In this document: positions 11,493 to 26,200 of the stretch, piece after piece
Layout: every line of letters begins with the position of its first letter
Position numbering within the stretch: the stretch's first letter is position 1
NCBI RefSeq assembly: GCF_006345805.1
Contig: NC_043012.1
Span: 3,782,001 to 3,846,000 of the forward strand
Reading direction: 5' to 3'
From: Octopus sinensis
Taxonomy: Eukaryota
Length of the DNA stretch: 64,000 nucleotides
Position numbers and translations under genes: made by a program
Notes under the pieces: generated by a model
The model's input: only the letters and a program-made list of their open reading frames with translations
What the model was told of the DNA's origin: nothing
The model's database searches: none

Positions 11493-12804
11493 ATAAATGG
11501 ATAATTAGTTGTTAATTATAATAGCATTATATTATTACTAACTACTTTTGCATAAATTAGCAAATTAGATCAAGAGTGAAACTTTAATCATTATGAGACT
11601 GATATAAAAGCAGGCTTCATTGTAAATTGTTACAAAAGGCAATGAAAGAGAAAGGTGATTGATGAAGATACAAAAGATTAATGTTGGTGTATTATGAATG
11701 AGATTCAATGCTTTTGATAAAATAATATTAGAACGGACACTGGTTAATAAGTCCATTTTTGGTTCTCGCTGTTACTTTTTTTCTTTTTTTTTTTTGGCTT
11801 TATGTAATATTCATAATGCTGGAAATGCTGGGCTATTTTTGATGACATTTTCCTCTATAGGCCAATTTGTTGTTACAATGGACCTTTTTCTGTTTTTTGT
11901 AACTATGTTTTGTAACTATAGCATGTGCAAGAAAAAAATTTGTTTTGAATTTGTTGCCATTCTCTAAACAATTGTTTTAGATACAACCATTATATCTATC
12001 TACCTACCTATCTGTCTGTCTGTCTGTCATTTAATAAACACAATATATATTTTTATAAGCTACAAATAGTTTCATGTGATGAAAACAACTCAGGCAGTAT
12101 TTTATAGCAGATGTGGTGGCTTCATGCAATCCATAGGGTCTGCCCACATACCATAACAAGCTAAAACAGGACAATATAATGTGAGAAAATACAAGAAAAG
12201 GCAAGAAGAAAGCTGATGTAAAACATCAGAAAATGAAAAGGAAAAAAAGAGGAAAATTAGTTATGTTCCTTTTGACTGTAAAGTCATAAGGCTGAATGGA
12301 TGGGGGCCTAGTGTCTGCAGTACAGCTGCTGAATTTGGAGAGGGTGGTATTTTCCAATTCACCAACAGGAACTTATCCATGTATTTACATCTGCTAAAAA
12401 GGGACAAAAGTAAAGCCACTAATTTGATCAGTCACATATGGGGTTTGAAATATAACACAACACCACATTTAAATCAAGTGGAAAATAGTTGTAAAGTCCA
12501 CACCATATGTCAACAGATGGAAAAAAATTGAAAGCTATGACTAGCTAAACATCACAGATACTTTTCAGGTTTAAGAACTCCACTGCATTGCTGAATTCCA
12601 GATCTGAAATTTTCAGTGTATATGTATATATATGTATTTGTGTTTGTTCAGCCCAAACCCCATTGCTTGACCAACGGGTGTTGGTTTATGTACATCTCTG
12701 TAACTTAAACAAAAGAGACTGACAGAATAAGTATTAGACTTAAAAAATAAATATTGCGTTTGATTAGTCCCACTAAACTTTGCAAGGTAGTGCTCCAGCA
12801 TGGC

Positions 12805-13934
12805 AGTGAAACATGGGCCATGACTGCTGAGAACATGTGTAAGCTCACAAGGAATGAAGCCAGTATGCTCCGATGGATGTGTAATGTCATTGTGCATACT
12901 CGACAGAGCGTAAGTACCTTGAGAGAAAAGTTGGACCTAAGAAGCATTAGATGTGGTGTGCAAGAGAGACAACTGCACTGGTATGGTCATGTGGCAAGAA
13001 TGGATGAGGATAGCTGTGTGAAAAAGTGCCACACCCTAGCGGTTGAGGGAACCTGTGGAAGAGGTAGACCCAGGAAGACCTGGGATGAGGTGGTGAAGCA
13101 TGACCATCCAACATTAGGCCCCACTGAGGCAATGACTAGTGACCAAGACCTTTGGAAATATGCAGTGCTTGAGAAGACCTGGCAAGCCAAGTGAGACCAT
13201 AACTTGCCCCCTATGCCAGGGGTGTAACCAACCCACTTATGCGTACCTTTCTTTCATTGGACACTAAACTTTGCTTGCGAAGACCTGTTGAGGCAAATGA
13301 AATCAAAATCAAATCAAATTCGCAAATTCCATGACTGACACCCGTGCAAATGGAGCACTAAGAGCACCAACCGAGTGTGATCGCTGCCAGAGCAGCTGAC
13401 TGGCTTCCGTGCCAGTGGCATGTAAAAAGCACCATTCAAACGTGATTGTTACCAGTGTTGCCTTACTGGCACTTGTACTGGTGGCATGTGAAAAACATTC
13501 AAGTGAGATTGTTGCCAGTGCCGCTTGACTGGCTCCTGTGCAAGTGGCACGTAAAAAACACCACTTGAGCGTGGCTGTTGCCAGTACCGCCTGACTGGCC
13601 CTCGTGCTGGTGACACATAAAAGCACCCACTACACTTGGAGTGGTTGGCATTAGGAAGGGCATCCAGCTGTAGAAACTTAGCCAGATCAGATTGGAGACT
13701 GGTGTAGCCTTCTGGCTCGCTGACTCTTAGTCAAACCCTCCAACCCATACCAGCATGGAAAGCAGATGTTAAAAGATGATGATGATGATTTACAAATTTA
13801 AAAATGTTTTTTAATGTTGCTCTGCCAGATCAGATTGGAGCCGAGTGCGGCCATTTGGTTCGCCAGTCCTCAGTCAAATTGTCCAACGCATGCTAGCATG
13901 GAAAGCGGACGTTAAACGATGATGATGATGATGA
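12805..13934 (+). mobile_element. 5'-truncated RTE-type LINE (ORF end to 13194, repeat-containing 3'UTR, (GAT)n tails) inserted in a SINE-A tail
   Basis: HGSETW...LHWYGHVARM...GRGRPRKTW motifs. Direct repeat TGCTCCAGCATGGC at 12791-12804 and 13935-13948. Related 3' ends at 37259-37897, 38627-38756, 51950-52170, 54897-55300. Confidence 0.88.
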
Positions 13935-14076
13935 TGCTCCAGCATGGCCACAGTCCAAGTAAAAGATAAAAATCTGAAAATTGGTTGTTAAGTTGTAAAT
14001 TCTATCAAAATTTCCTGAAATTTGAATTTCACTAAATATTTTGATGAATTAAAATTTTTTGTTTTCTTTTTTTTAG

Positions 14077-14208
14077 GCTGTTGTGAACAGCACAGTTACA
14101 GCAAGCATGGTTTTTACAAAGACTTCTCAGAAATTTGGCCAGTGGTCAGATGTTAGTGCCAATATTGTGTATGGACTTGGTTTCAGTGGAGAAAAAGAAC
14201 TCAATCAG
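14077..14208 (+). CDS. Homer: Homer exon, EVH1 C-terminal half ([44 protein letters not shown])
   Basis: Pyrimidine tract + TAG acceptor (AG 14075-76), donor GTAAGC at 14209, phase 0-0. Confidence 0.97.
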
Positions 14209-15624
14209 GTAAGCATATGAAATTTTGATGTTGTTTGCAAAATAATCGTCACAAGAGGTTAAAGGTGGGGTGGGGTGCCACACAAGAATTCCTGCATGGG
14301 AACTTAGTCATTGATATACACTTTTTCCCTTTTTTTGTAGCAGGTATGGTGAGGTGGATATAGAGTTTGTAATTACATGAGGTCAGGTTCAATGTCACTA
14401 CACAGCGCTTTGGACAAGCCCCTTTTACCATAACCTCAAGATGACAGTGTCTTGTGAATGAAATTTAGGCACAGGAGTGGTTGTGTGGTAAGTAGCTTGC
14501 TTACCAACCACATGGCTCCGGGTTCAGTCCCACTGCGTGGCACCTTGGTAAGTGTCTTCTACTATAGCCTCGGGCCAACCAAAGTACAAAAACAACAAAA
14601 TATGGAAGGTGCAGTTATGTACAGGTTGACGGAAGAAAAGCATCTTTATCGATCGCATTCTCACCTGGAATCGATTTTTGTAATTTTTTCAAGATTTATA
14701 CACACCCTGATACCATTGGTATCTACATATCAAATTTGAGTGCAATCGGATGGAGGATGCCCGAGATCCTAGAAGACACACACACTGACAGAACGGATTA
14801 ATTATAATAGATATATATTTATATTCATACTCACACATATATATGTAGAATCTAAAGAAGTGCATCTCTGTTCCAGTCTGAGATTAATTTTTATTTTAAT
14901 GTCTTCAGTAATTTTCAATATTAATTATATTCATTTTTTTATTAATTTCAGTTCCATGATTATTTTGAGGAGGTGAAATTACTTACAAGAAAACATTCAA
15001 AATCTAAGCAAGAAATAAATGGTGCTATGGACAATGATACTTTGAAAAAAACAGGTTCCTCACCAATCAACCCACTATGTCACACAAGGACATCAAGTCT
15101 TTCCTCTTTACCAGTAAGTAGCTTTTGTAAGCAATTTATTGTTGTGTTTGTTTTTATTTTTAAAAAAGTGTTTGTAGTTTTGGTGCAGGCTTGACTGTGT
15201 TGTTAAGAAGTGTTCTTCCAAAACAGGGGTTTTGAGTTCAGTCCTACTGCATAGTGCCTTGGGCAATTGTCTTCTATAATTGCCCTGTGCCAACTGATGG
15301 ATTTGATAGAAAGAATGGATTTGTGAATGGAATTGATAGAGAGAAAATGTGAGCTTGAAGCAGTCATTTTCACATGTGTTGCTCACAAAGGTTTTTAAAC
15401 AAAAGAAAATGATGATATGCATTTTCTTCCGACTTTCATTTCATATTCCCCCAAAATATACAAGCAGTAAATATTTCAAAAGAAAGCAGAATCAGTTTAC
15501 CAGCTGATGACTGGGAACAAGTAAATTTGAGTACTGGAAATTGGAGCCTTTTAGTTATAATGTGTTAAAGGATACTTCACATTTCTATTGTCCTATAATT
15601 TACTGCTTCTGGTGAATCAACAAA

Positions 15625-15661
<37 letters not shown>

Positions 15662-16447
15662 TCATCATCATCATCATCGTTTAGCGTCCGTTTTCCATGC
15701 TAGCATGGGTTGGACGGTTCTACTGGGGTCTGTGAAGCCAGAAGGCTTCATCAGGCCCAGTCAAATCTGGCAGTAACAAATATATAATGAAATTATTGTG
15801 TATAGTGCTCAGGTGCACTACAACTCATCAAAGGTGCATGTACAGTGCACAGAATTATATACAAAAGTCAGGAAAGTGAACAGTGTATGAGTTATGATAT
15901 ACATGTGTGCATGCATATGGAGGGGGGAATATCAGGTGTGGTGTTAGTGAATTTCAGGAAGCAAGGAGGTTTTGAAGGGTGCAATGTCTCAGCAACTAAC
16001 AACTGATGCAGGTAGTTTGTTCCATGCTTCAACAACTCTGAGTGTGAAAAAATGTTTCCGAGTGTCATGGGAGCTGTGCTGTTTTCTGACTTTGTAGGCA
16101 TGCCCACTTGTGTTAGACTCATGGAGCTCAAAAAGGTTCTCAAGGTGGTTATTAGCATGACGATCAATAATTTTGTGGGATGTGTATGTGTTTCTGTGTC
16201 CTCTTGTTTAAACAGCATAGAATCACAGTGTCTAATCAGGCATTGGTGTTGCAAACAGCCAATGGACTTATTAGAAAATATTATAGGCACAGGAGTGGCT
16301 GTGTGGTAAGCAGCTTGCTTACCAACCATATGGTTCCGGGTTCATTCCCACTGCGTAGCACCTTGTGCAAGTGTCTTCTACAATAGCCTCGGGCTGACAA
16401 AAACCTTGTAAGTGGATTTGGTAGACGGAAACTGAAAGAAGCCTGTC

Positions 16448-16488
<41 letters not shown>

Positions 16489-17109
16489 TGCATGTGTGTG
16501 TTTGTGTTTGCCCCCCTCAACATTGCTTGACAACCGATGGTGGTGTGTTTACATCCCCGTAACCTAGCGGTTCGGCAAAAGAGACCGATAGAATAAATAC
16601 TAGGCTTACAAAGAATAAGTCCTGGGGTGGATTTGCTCGACTAACGTCGGTGCTCCAGCATGGCCACAGTTAAATGACTGAAACGAGTAAAAGAGTGATA
16701 GAATCAGTATTAATGCCAATGGGTAATATTTATCCCCACTTAGAAATGGATGTTTTGTGTTAGAACACAGAATGCTGTGGTATTCAGTATCATATTCATC
16801 TAACTCCTGCTGCAACGGAAAGACAACACATATATGTGCACAGGTAATTAAATAAATATCCTTTTATTGTCAAGTGTTTAATTTACTAAGAGGTTAAACT
16901 GAAATGTGTAGTTGACTAAACTTTACATTTCTTGAAAAATTTATGAAAGAAAGCAATTTCAGTAAAATTTCACCCAGGTGTTCTTGATGTCAACTTTGTA
17001 TTTTACGTCGTGTGTGTGTGTGTATGTATAAATATACACATGAATATATATGTGTGTGTACATTATATATTTATATATATATATATGCATATACACGTGT
17101 GTGTATATG

Positions 17110-17158
<49 letters not shown>

Positions 17159-19680
17159 CATATACATACATACGTACACACACACGTCTGTATATATATA
17201 TATATATAATTCATATACATACATACGTACACACACACGTCTGTATATTTGTATACATTGGCATGTGTGTGTGTACATACATTGAGACAAACATGTGATA
17301 AAATGCCATTAGATTCTATTCAATGACAGTCTTTGTTCACCTTAATGTTGATCCAAGGTTTATGTAGGTTTCATCTATCATAGTCAGAATTCCTTACTAT
17401 TCAATGCAAGAGAATTATTTATTCATTCCTTCAAGTGTCGTATTTTCTACGATCTTCCATGACCTTTCTGAGTCAAAACTGTTTCACATATACGTTTCGT
17501 GCTGATGTCATTTCCAAATTGATTAAACACAACAACCACCCAACCAAAACATAAAACCAGCAACAATAATAACGAAGCATGTATATATTCAAACATCCAT
17601 TGAATATTTTAGTCTGAGGTATGTATATGTGTGTGGGGGTGGGATGCACAGGTGTGCATTAATGTCTGTTTCAATAGACAGGTAACATGCTAGACCCACT
17701 CTCGTCTCTTGGTTATTTGGTGGCTTTTCTGTCAGAAGTTCTGCTACTCTGTGATAAGCCTTATTTTTGTTGCTGGGTTAGAAAGGATGAGGGGGACCCT
17801 TTCCCAGCCAGTAAGTTAGTGAGGAGAGCTCCAGTCCCCACCAGGGCCAGATTAAAACCCATAGAGACCCTAAGCACTTAAAAGATCTCGGTGCCCCATG
17901 TATATATTTAATTCAAAATATAAAACATTGTCTGTTTCCAAAATGAAACAAAACCAACAATAAGATGAAAAATATTGTTTGTTTTTGCATACTTCCATTT
18001 TATTTATATTTTAAAAGTTTTCTACATTTTTTTCTTTAATTGCAAAGTCTTTGACCAGATCCTCACTATGACACCATGAATACTTTGAAATATTTCTGAT
18101 CACATAAACCATTTCAAATATTATTATAGCAAGTTTAAAGTGATTTCTTTTGTGTCATAAACCATTTACCATTTCTGTGGTGTTCCCTTGCCTTTGATGC
18201 CCTAAGCATGTGCTTAATTTGCTTAATGGTTAATCCAGCACAGGTCACCACCTACACACCTATGAAAGGAATTGTACTGAGTTATATAGTACCAATCATC
18301 ATAGTCTGTCCATTTTGGGAGTGGATATTGATTGTCTCAATCATCTTGTGTCACACTGCGAGGAGTTTATGAACCTCTTCCCCTATTTTCTGTCCCCAAC
18401 AGCTGTGGTCTGTCCATATGCAGGTTTCAACTAAATTCAGTTGTTATTATTGTTCGTTGAGCCCAGCTCAACTCCAATTAAGCTAGCTTATCTCTGATCA
18501 AAAGCTGTTCAAATGACTGAAACAAATAAAAGAGTAAAAGAGAGGAATCAAGGAGAGTAATGTAGTGATGTCCAAGAGACCCCAATTCACTGCCAACAAG
18601 ATTTGAGCTTATTATCCTATTTCCTTAATGGTTTCAGTCATTGGATTGTGATCATACACGAACACTACTTCCCTCTCTCTTCTCCTCCTTCCCATCTCCC
18701 TCTCTTCACACACAAAGTCAATGAAGAAACCTCACTGTGGCTGCTCGACCTGCGAGAAACAGTAGTTAAATTCCTCAAATCACAACCTATCGTCTTAATG
18801 CACAATGTTTAAATAAAGCTGGGATGATCATTTTTGATCATAGGGCTACTTAATCTGAGCTAACCTGGGGCTATACAACAACAACAACAACAACACACAA
18901 ACTGAAGTATTTAGTGCTTTGTATTTATAGGTTCACTAAAGAAGATACTGCATAATGCTTTTGCATGTGTAGTATATATTTTAATATACACCCTAACACC
19001 AATACCTATTGACAGTAGCTGCATATATAACAAAGCCATCTATTGAGATGTGTGTGTGTCTGTGTGTAATTAAAGCTAATAACAATACATCATTATCTCA
19101 GACAGTTTGCTCTTATTGTTTCTGTGTAACACTACCAATTATTTTACAACAAATAATGAGCGATTTTATAAGTGAATGTAAATTAAATCACAGCCAGAGC
19201 AGAATGCTCTTACTTCTTCTGCAGCTCTCTTGGGTCTGAAGTGGAAGCTTTCTCAGTTGTCATTCAACTTATTCGAAAGAACAGCAGCTTTCCTCAGAAT
19301 TCTACTGTGCTGGGAAGATACATTCTCTTTTACTCTATTATTACTTGTTTCAGTCATTTGACTGTGGCCATGCTGGAGCACCGCCTTTTTAGTCGAGCAA
19401 CTCGACCCCAGGACTCATTCTTTGTAAGCCTAGTACTTATTGTATTGGTTTCTTTTGTTGAATTGCTAAGTTACGGGGACGTAAACACACCAGCAAACAT
19501 ATACACACATTCTGCCGCTACATTCTGAGTTCAAATTCCACCGAGGTCGACTTTGCCTTTCATCCTTTCGGGGTCGATAAATTAAGTACCAGTCACGCAC
19601 TGGGGTCGATGTAATCGACTTAATCTGTTTGTCTGTCCTTGTTTGTCCACTCTATGTTTAGCCCCTTGTGGGTAGTAAAG

Positions 19681-19733
<53 letters not shown>

Positions 19734-20210
19734 TACACACATATATATGACGGGCTTCTTTCAGTTTCCGTTTACCAAATCCACTCACAAGGCTTTGATC
19801 AGCCCAAGGCTATAGTAGAAGACACTTGCCCAAGGTGCCACGCAGTGGGACTGAACCCAGAACCATATGGTTGGTAAGCAAGCTACTTACCACACAGCCA
19901 CTCCTAAGTTTACTGTTTACTGTGATAATTGGATAAGAGTCTTAGACTACCGATGGAATGTCTTTGATTATAGACCTGCTGAATTTTTGTTGATCTAGGG
20001 CCTAAACACTACCACCACCATCATTAATTATCATCATCATCATCAACCGCACTTGTGACATTAATTTTCAAAACAGAATACAAAGCTGATTTTGATGGTA
20101 TCCAAGAAGAATTCAAAGGTCTGTATTATTTTACCCATCCAGAAATACAGAAACTGTTTTAGTAATTTTTCTTGAGGTGTCAAAATGTTTTGTTGCACCA
20201 CTGTCACAAA

Positions 20211-20251
<41 letters not shown>

Positions 20252-23200
20252 GAGATATCCATGCCTGAAATTTAGTAAATAAAATTCAAACATCTGCAGG
20301 GGAGCTGTGACAGGGATCAGATCACAATGGTGCAGCAAACATTTTGACTCCCAGCCTCCAAATATAGATAGTAAGGGAATGTAGCAGGTGATTTTTGTTG
20401 GGGTTTTTAAGGTTAAAATGGCCCTTCCTTGCTGTAATTGCTTCAGTTTCAACATACAATCTCAGATTAAATTGTTTGATCTGATATTTACATCACTGAA
20501 AGTGTGGTACTGTTTGATTGCAGTATCAATCAGTGCAGCATTCAACAGTTTTAGACTTGATGTTTGTTAGAACAGAATATAAGTGGTCTTATTTGTTAGG
20601 TTTTTATTCTTGTATTGGGGTAGAAAGGGCTCCTTAGCCGTAGTGAAGGCAATCTATCTAGGGAGATAACCTTACAATAAATCACTGGGTCCATAGCTTA
20701 GAAATACTGGGTTGACGTCCAGCGGGAACAGCTTTGTTTCATGGAGTAGGAAAGATCGTCTTTAGTACTTGGTTGTACAATGCTTTCCAATGTGTGTAGT
20801 AGTGGCACGCGCACACATTATTAGCCATTTGAAAAGACTATGAAAGTCTCGACCACGGTCGAACAATGATGATGATGATTGTATTGGTCTTAAATGTATC
20901 TTTTTATAAACAAATTTGTTAATTATATTTGTTGCTATTTAGATTTTCATTCTGCTTGTGGAACTTTGCAAAATGGCATAAATGTGTGTAAGTACACATA
21001 CATACATATGTATATAGTACATATATAAAGGTCTGTGGGTATATGTGTGTGCATGTATATATGTTTCTGTTTATGTGCTTGCATGTATATGTATTTATGT
21101 ATCTTCATCACCATTGTTTAACGTCTGTTTTCCGTGCTGGCATGGGTTGGACAGTTTGACTGAGGTCTGGAGAGCATGGAGGCTACACCAGGCTCCAATC
21201 TGATCTGATCTCCTATGTTTCAACAGTTGGATGCCCTTCCTAATGCCAACCACTCTGAGAGTGTAGTGGGTGCTTTTTATGAGCTAACGGTACAGGAGCC
21301 AGTCAGGTGGGCCTGGCATCAATCATGTTCAGATAGTGCTTTTTACATCCCACTTGCATGGGAGCCAGTCAGGGGGCACTGGCATTGGCCTCATTTGGAT
21401 GGTGCTTTGTACATGCCACCAATACATAAGCTATATATATATATATGGATAGATAGATAGAAAAATGGATGGATGGGTGTGTAAGTGTGTTTGTTTGTTT
21501 TTATGTTCAGTTATAATAAAAACACTTTTACATTCATCTGATGGGTTACTCTACACTTTTGTAGAGTACAAATTTATTATTATTGTTGTATTTTAGGATG
21601 GTAATTTTTTTTGTGTGCTAAATAAACACATGCACTATATATTTGTTCTTCACTCATTTATTACTGTTCTTAGTCTAACCCATATCCATTGTCTAGAAAT
21701 CTTTCATCACACACCTGTAACCTCTTGAGCAACACTTTCCGTCTCTATGTGTGCTCTTCCTCCACTTATCTCATTCTGTTCTTCTATGCCATGTATCCTT
21801 AAATGCACATCCTCTTGCGTCCGTGTTTGTTTGTGTGTGTATGTGTGTGTGTGTGTGTGTGTCATAGAACAATATGTGTGTGTCATAGAACAATGACACA
21901 CTCCCATAAATACAGACACAAATGCATATAAGAATATACAGTATAGAAGACCAGAATGAGATTATTGGAGGAAGAGCACACACTGAGATGGAAAGTGTAG
22001 CTGAAGAGGTCACAGTTGTGTGATGAAAGATTTCTGGACAACAGACATGAGTTAGAATAAGAACAGTAATAAACAAGTGAAGAATGAATATATAGTGTGT
22101 GTGTTTATTTGGCAAAAAAAAAAAAAGACTATCCAAAAATACAACAATATCTGTTTCAACACAGGAATCTTATTTCTTTATTGCCCACAAGAGGGCTAAA
22201 CATAGAGGGGACAGACAAACGGATTAAGTCGATTATATTGACCCCAGTGCGTAACTGGTACTTATTAATCGACCCCGAAAGGATGAAAGGCAAAGTTGAC
22301 CTCGGCAGAATTTGAACTCAAAACATAACGGCAGATGAAATACCTATTTCTTTATTACCCACAAGGGGCTAAACACAGAGAGGACAAACAAGGACAGACA
22401 AACGGATTAAGTTGATTATATCGACCCCAGTGCATAACTGGTACTTATTTAATCGACCCCGAAAGGATGAAAGACAAAGTCGACCTTGGTGGAATTTGAA
22501 CTCAGAACATAATGGCAGATGAAATACTGCTAAGCATTTCGCCTGGCATGTTAACGTTTCTGCCAGCTCGCCGCCTTTACTGTGTTTCAGCACAGGAATC
22601 TTGCCACACAAATCAATAAACATAAATTTATTATTCTTAAACAAGAATATTGTTGACAGTGACTTCAAAGTTTCAGCCAGTTAAGCCATCATCAAACTAT
22701 ATATATATATATATATAATTCCATTGTACTTATGAAACTTAGTGAAATGGTGTGTGTGTGTGTGTAAGCACGAATGCATATCATCATATGTACAGAGTGC
22801 ATATACAAAGATGTGTGAATATGTGAGTGTACATACATGTGTGTGTGTATGCAAAGAGAGAGAGAGAGAGAGAGAGAATAATACTCTTAACATACTTTAG
22901 ACATAATAATACTTTTAAAAATGTCTAAATACAAATAATCCTTGTTTTGGTAGACTCTCTTTCTCTTGACAATGACTCACTTCATGCATAGAGTAGAGTT
23001 TACTTGTTGTTCTCTATCATTTCTGTTCTTAAGATTCGGCATAGCAATGTTAGTTTGATTAAATCAATAACAAACCGCCATGTGTTATTGAAGCCAGCAT
23101 ATCCTTTTCTCAGTCATTGACCTACATTCGTAATTCAATTAAATTTTTCACACTTGGCATCAAGGATCATCCACCCACTTTTCAAACATTCATTCAGATT

Positions 23201-26200
23201 TTTCTAAATTTCAGATTATTTCCCACTAACCCATGCTGTTTGGAAGATTATTTCCAAGTGTGATGATTGAGATGTCTTAGCTGTTTAATCAATATGCATT
23301 CCAATCTTTCTCTTAGCATAAATCCCTTTCAAATAAGATGACCAAATAAACAGCAGCTTCCATATCTAATGTTGGTTTCAAGTTGGTTTTTCCTGTAGCT
23401 CTTGTTTAATTCTATGTTTGGTCTGTGCTATGAAACCCCCGGTATGGATTCATCACTGTCGTCATTTAACATCTGTCTTCCATGCTGGGATGGGAGCTGG
23501 CAAACCAGTGGACTACACTTGGTTCAATTGTCTGTTTTGGCATGGTTTTTACAGCTAGATGCCTTTCCTAATGCCCACCGTTTTACTGAGTGGACTGGGT
23601 AAAAATTACATGGCACTTAGTTACAGAAGAAAAAAGAAATTGATACATAATTCTTCTCAGGCAATTTTACGTTGTCCTCTTTCATCCAAAATATTCCCTA
23701 TACCTCTTTTAGGTCATCTTTAGTGAACAATAATGTTGACACACATTGCACATCCAACAGTGTACTAGCTTCATTACTTTCCATTGCATTCAAGGTTCAT
23801 GTCCCATGCATTCAAGGCTCATGTCCCACTACCATGCAGCACCACTGTTCTAACACAAGCATCGTACAATCTGTGCTACACTCTGCAGGAAAAGACCTTC
23901 ATGTAGCCATAGAAATCACGCCTAATTGGGGGCATGATGCAGTACTATGGCTTGCCAGCTCCTGTCAAACTTTGCAATTTATGTCAGCATGGAAAACCCG
24001 ATGTTAAATGATGATGGTGATTAATGTAAAAAGTGTTATGCTGGCAATAATGTGGTGATAATTTCTTAATTATATATAGAACAAGGATGGTGGCTCAACA
24101 GAATGTCTTCTAGCATTTACTTAGGGCTCTTTGCATTCCAACTTCAAATTCCTTGGAGGATTGACTTTGCCTTTTATCATCTTAGAATCAATAAAATAAA
24201 GAGCCAGTCAAGTAATGCACAAATGATACAATGGAGAATACCCACTCCTCTCAAATATGTAGCATTATGCCTGAGTTAAAAGTCATCTACCCCTCCCACC
24301 TACTCTCCTCTTCCTACTTCTTTTCCGTTCGCCCACTTCTGCCTCTTTCTCCCCCACTCCTTTTGCCTTCTTTCCACACCTTCCTTTTCACCTCTTCCTG
24401 CCCCTCTCCCATTCCCTCTACTCCTGTTCCACTCCTTGCCTCTCTATCATGAGGGGACAAACCTATATCTTTTTCTTCAATGTAGTCTTGTTTTTTGGGG
24501 TTTTTTAAAAAAGATAATAAGGTGTCATTTGATGGAGATTTGGCTGTTATTTCTACCAGCTTGAACAATCACATAGATGTCTAGAACCAGAATATTTCTT
24601 ACAGTTGCTTCACCATTCAGTTAAAATTACATCCATCGTCTTTCCTGGTTTTTTGATCTTACACTCATAACAAAAAAATATCCAACTTGAAAGTCCTTTA
24701 TTGTTCATTTCTGTATAGAAACTTTAGGTTCAAAAAAAGCTCTTCAAAGACAATTCTATCTTTACCTTTGTCCTACTTCCCTCAATACTCCTGCTCATGA
24801 TCAGTCAAGCAACTTACAAACAAATCTCTGGAAATGAGCAGAATATTTGCTGTAGCCCATCTTTTATACCAAGACAAAACATATACATGTTAATATTATT
24901 ATTGTTAACGAGCTGGCAGAATCATTAGCACACTGGGCAAAATGCTTAGTGGTATTTTGTCTGTCATTCTGAGTTCAAATTCCACTGAGTTCGACTTTGC
25001 CTTTCATCCTTTTGGGGCTGATAAATTAGGTGCCAGTGAAACACTGGGGTCGATGTAATCCACTGAATCCCTTCCCTCAAATTTCAAGCCTTGTGCTTCC
25101 AGCAGAAAGGATTCATAATTATTATTATTATTATCATCATCATCATCATCATGGCAGTGAGCTGGCAGAATTGTTAGCATACCAGTAAAATGCTTAGCAG
25201 CATTTCCTCCGTCCTTTCTTTCTGAGTTCAATTTCCATCAAGGTTGACATTGCCTTTCATCCTTTCGGGGTTAATGAAATAAGTGCCAGTTACGCACTGG
25301 GATCGATGTAATCAGCTAGCCCCCTTCTCCTACAATTTCGGGCCTTGTGCCTATAGTAGAAAGGTTTATTCTTTCTATACCAGGTTTTGTGGTAACTCCT
25401 GGGGGATTAAGTACAAAACATGTACTGCTCCTGTCAACTTCCCTACTCCCTTTAGAATTACTGGTATTTGCCTAAATTAGAAACAGTTATTAAGGAGAGT
25501 GGGTGAGCAGGTAGAATTGTTTGAGTGTCAGAAAACAGCTTTGTGACATTCATTCTAGTTCTATATTCAAGGTTCAAATTTGCCTTTCACCCCATCCTGC
25601 ATTGATAAAATAAAGTACCAGTTAAGGACTGGGGTTGATGTACCCAACTAACCCTCTTCCTGAATGTGTGTGCTTGGACCCCCTCAGAAATCCTTATCAT
25701 TATTATTATAAAATTATTGTACATTGTAGTGTTGTTTTCTTTTTATATCATCATCGTAATTTTACGTCCATTTTTCATGCTGGCATGGACTGGATGGTTT
25801 GACAAGAGCTGGCTAGGCCAGGAGTCACACCAGGTTCCATTGTCTGTTTTGCCATGGTTTCTGCAACTGGATGCCCTTCCTAACACCAACCCCTTTACAG
25901 AATTTACTAAATGCATTTTATGTGGTATTCTTACAAGTTGTTTACCCAGACTGGGCGTTGTGAGTGTTTATTGAGCGAAAACACCTAAAGCTCCACGAGG
26001 TTCTGGCAGGGGATGGTGGTGATCCCTGCTGTACTCTTTCACCACAACTTTCTCTCACTCTTACTTCCTGTTTCTGTTGTACCTGTATTTCAAAGGGCCG
26101 GCCTTGTCACTCTCTGTGTCACGCTGAATATCCCCGAGAACTACGTTAAGGGTACACGTGTCTGTGGAGTGCACAGCCACTTACACGTTAATTTCACGAG

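Noticed and set aside
1-14076. Expected Homer N-terminal exon (GEQPIF...HVFQIDP...YRIIS)
   Set aside because: Not found by eye; presumably upstream of the window.
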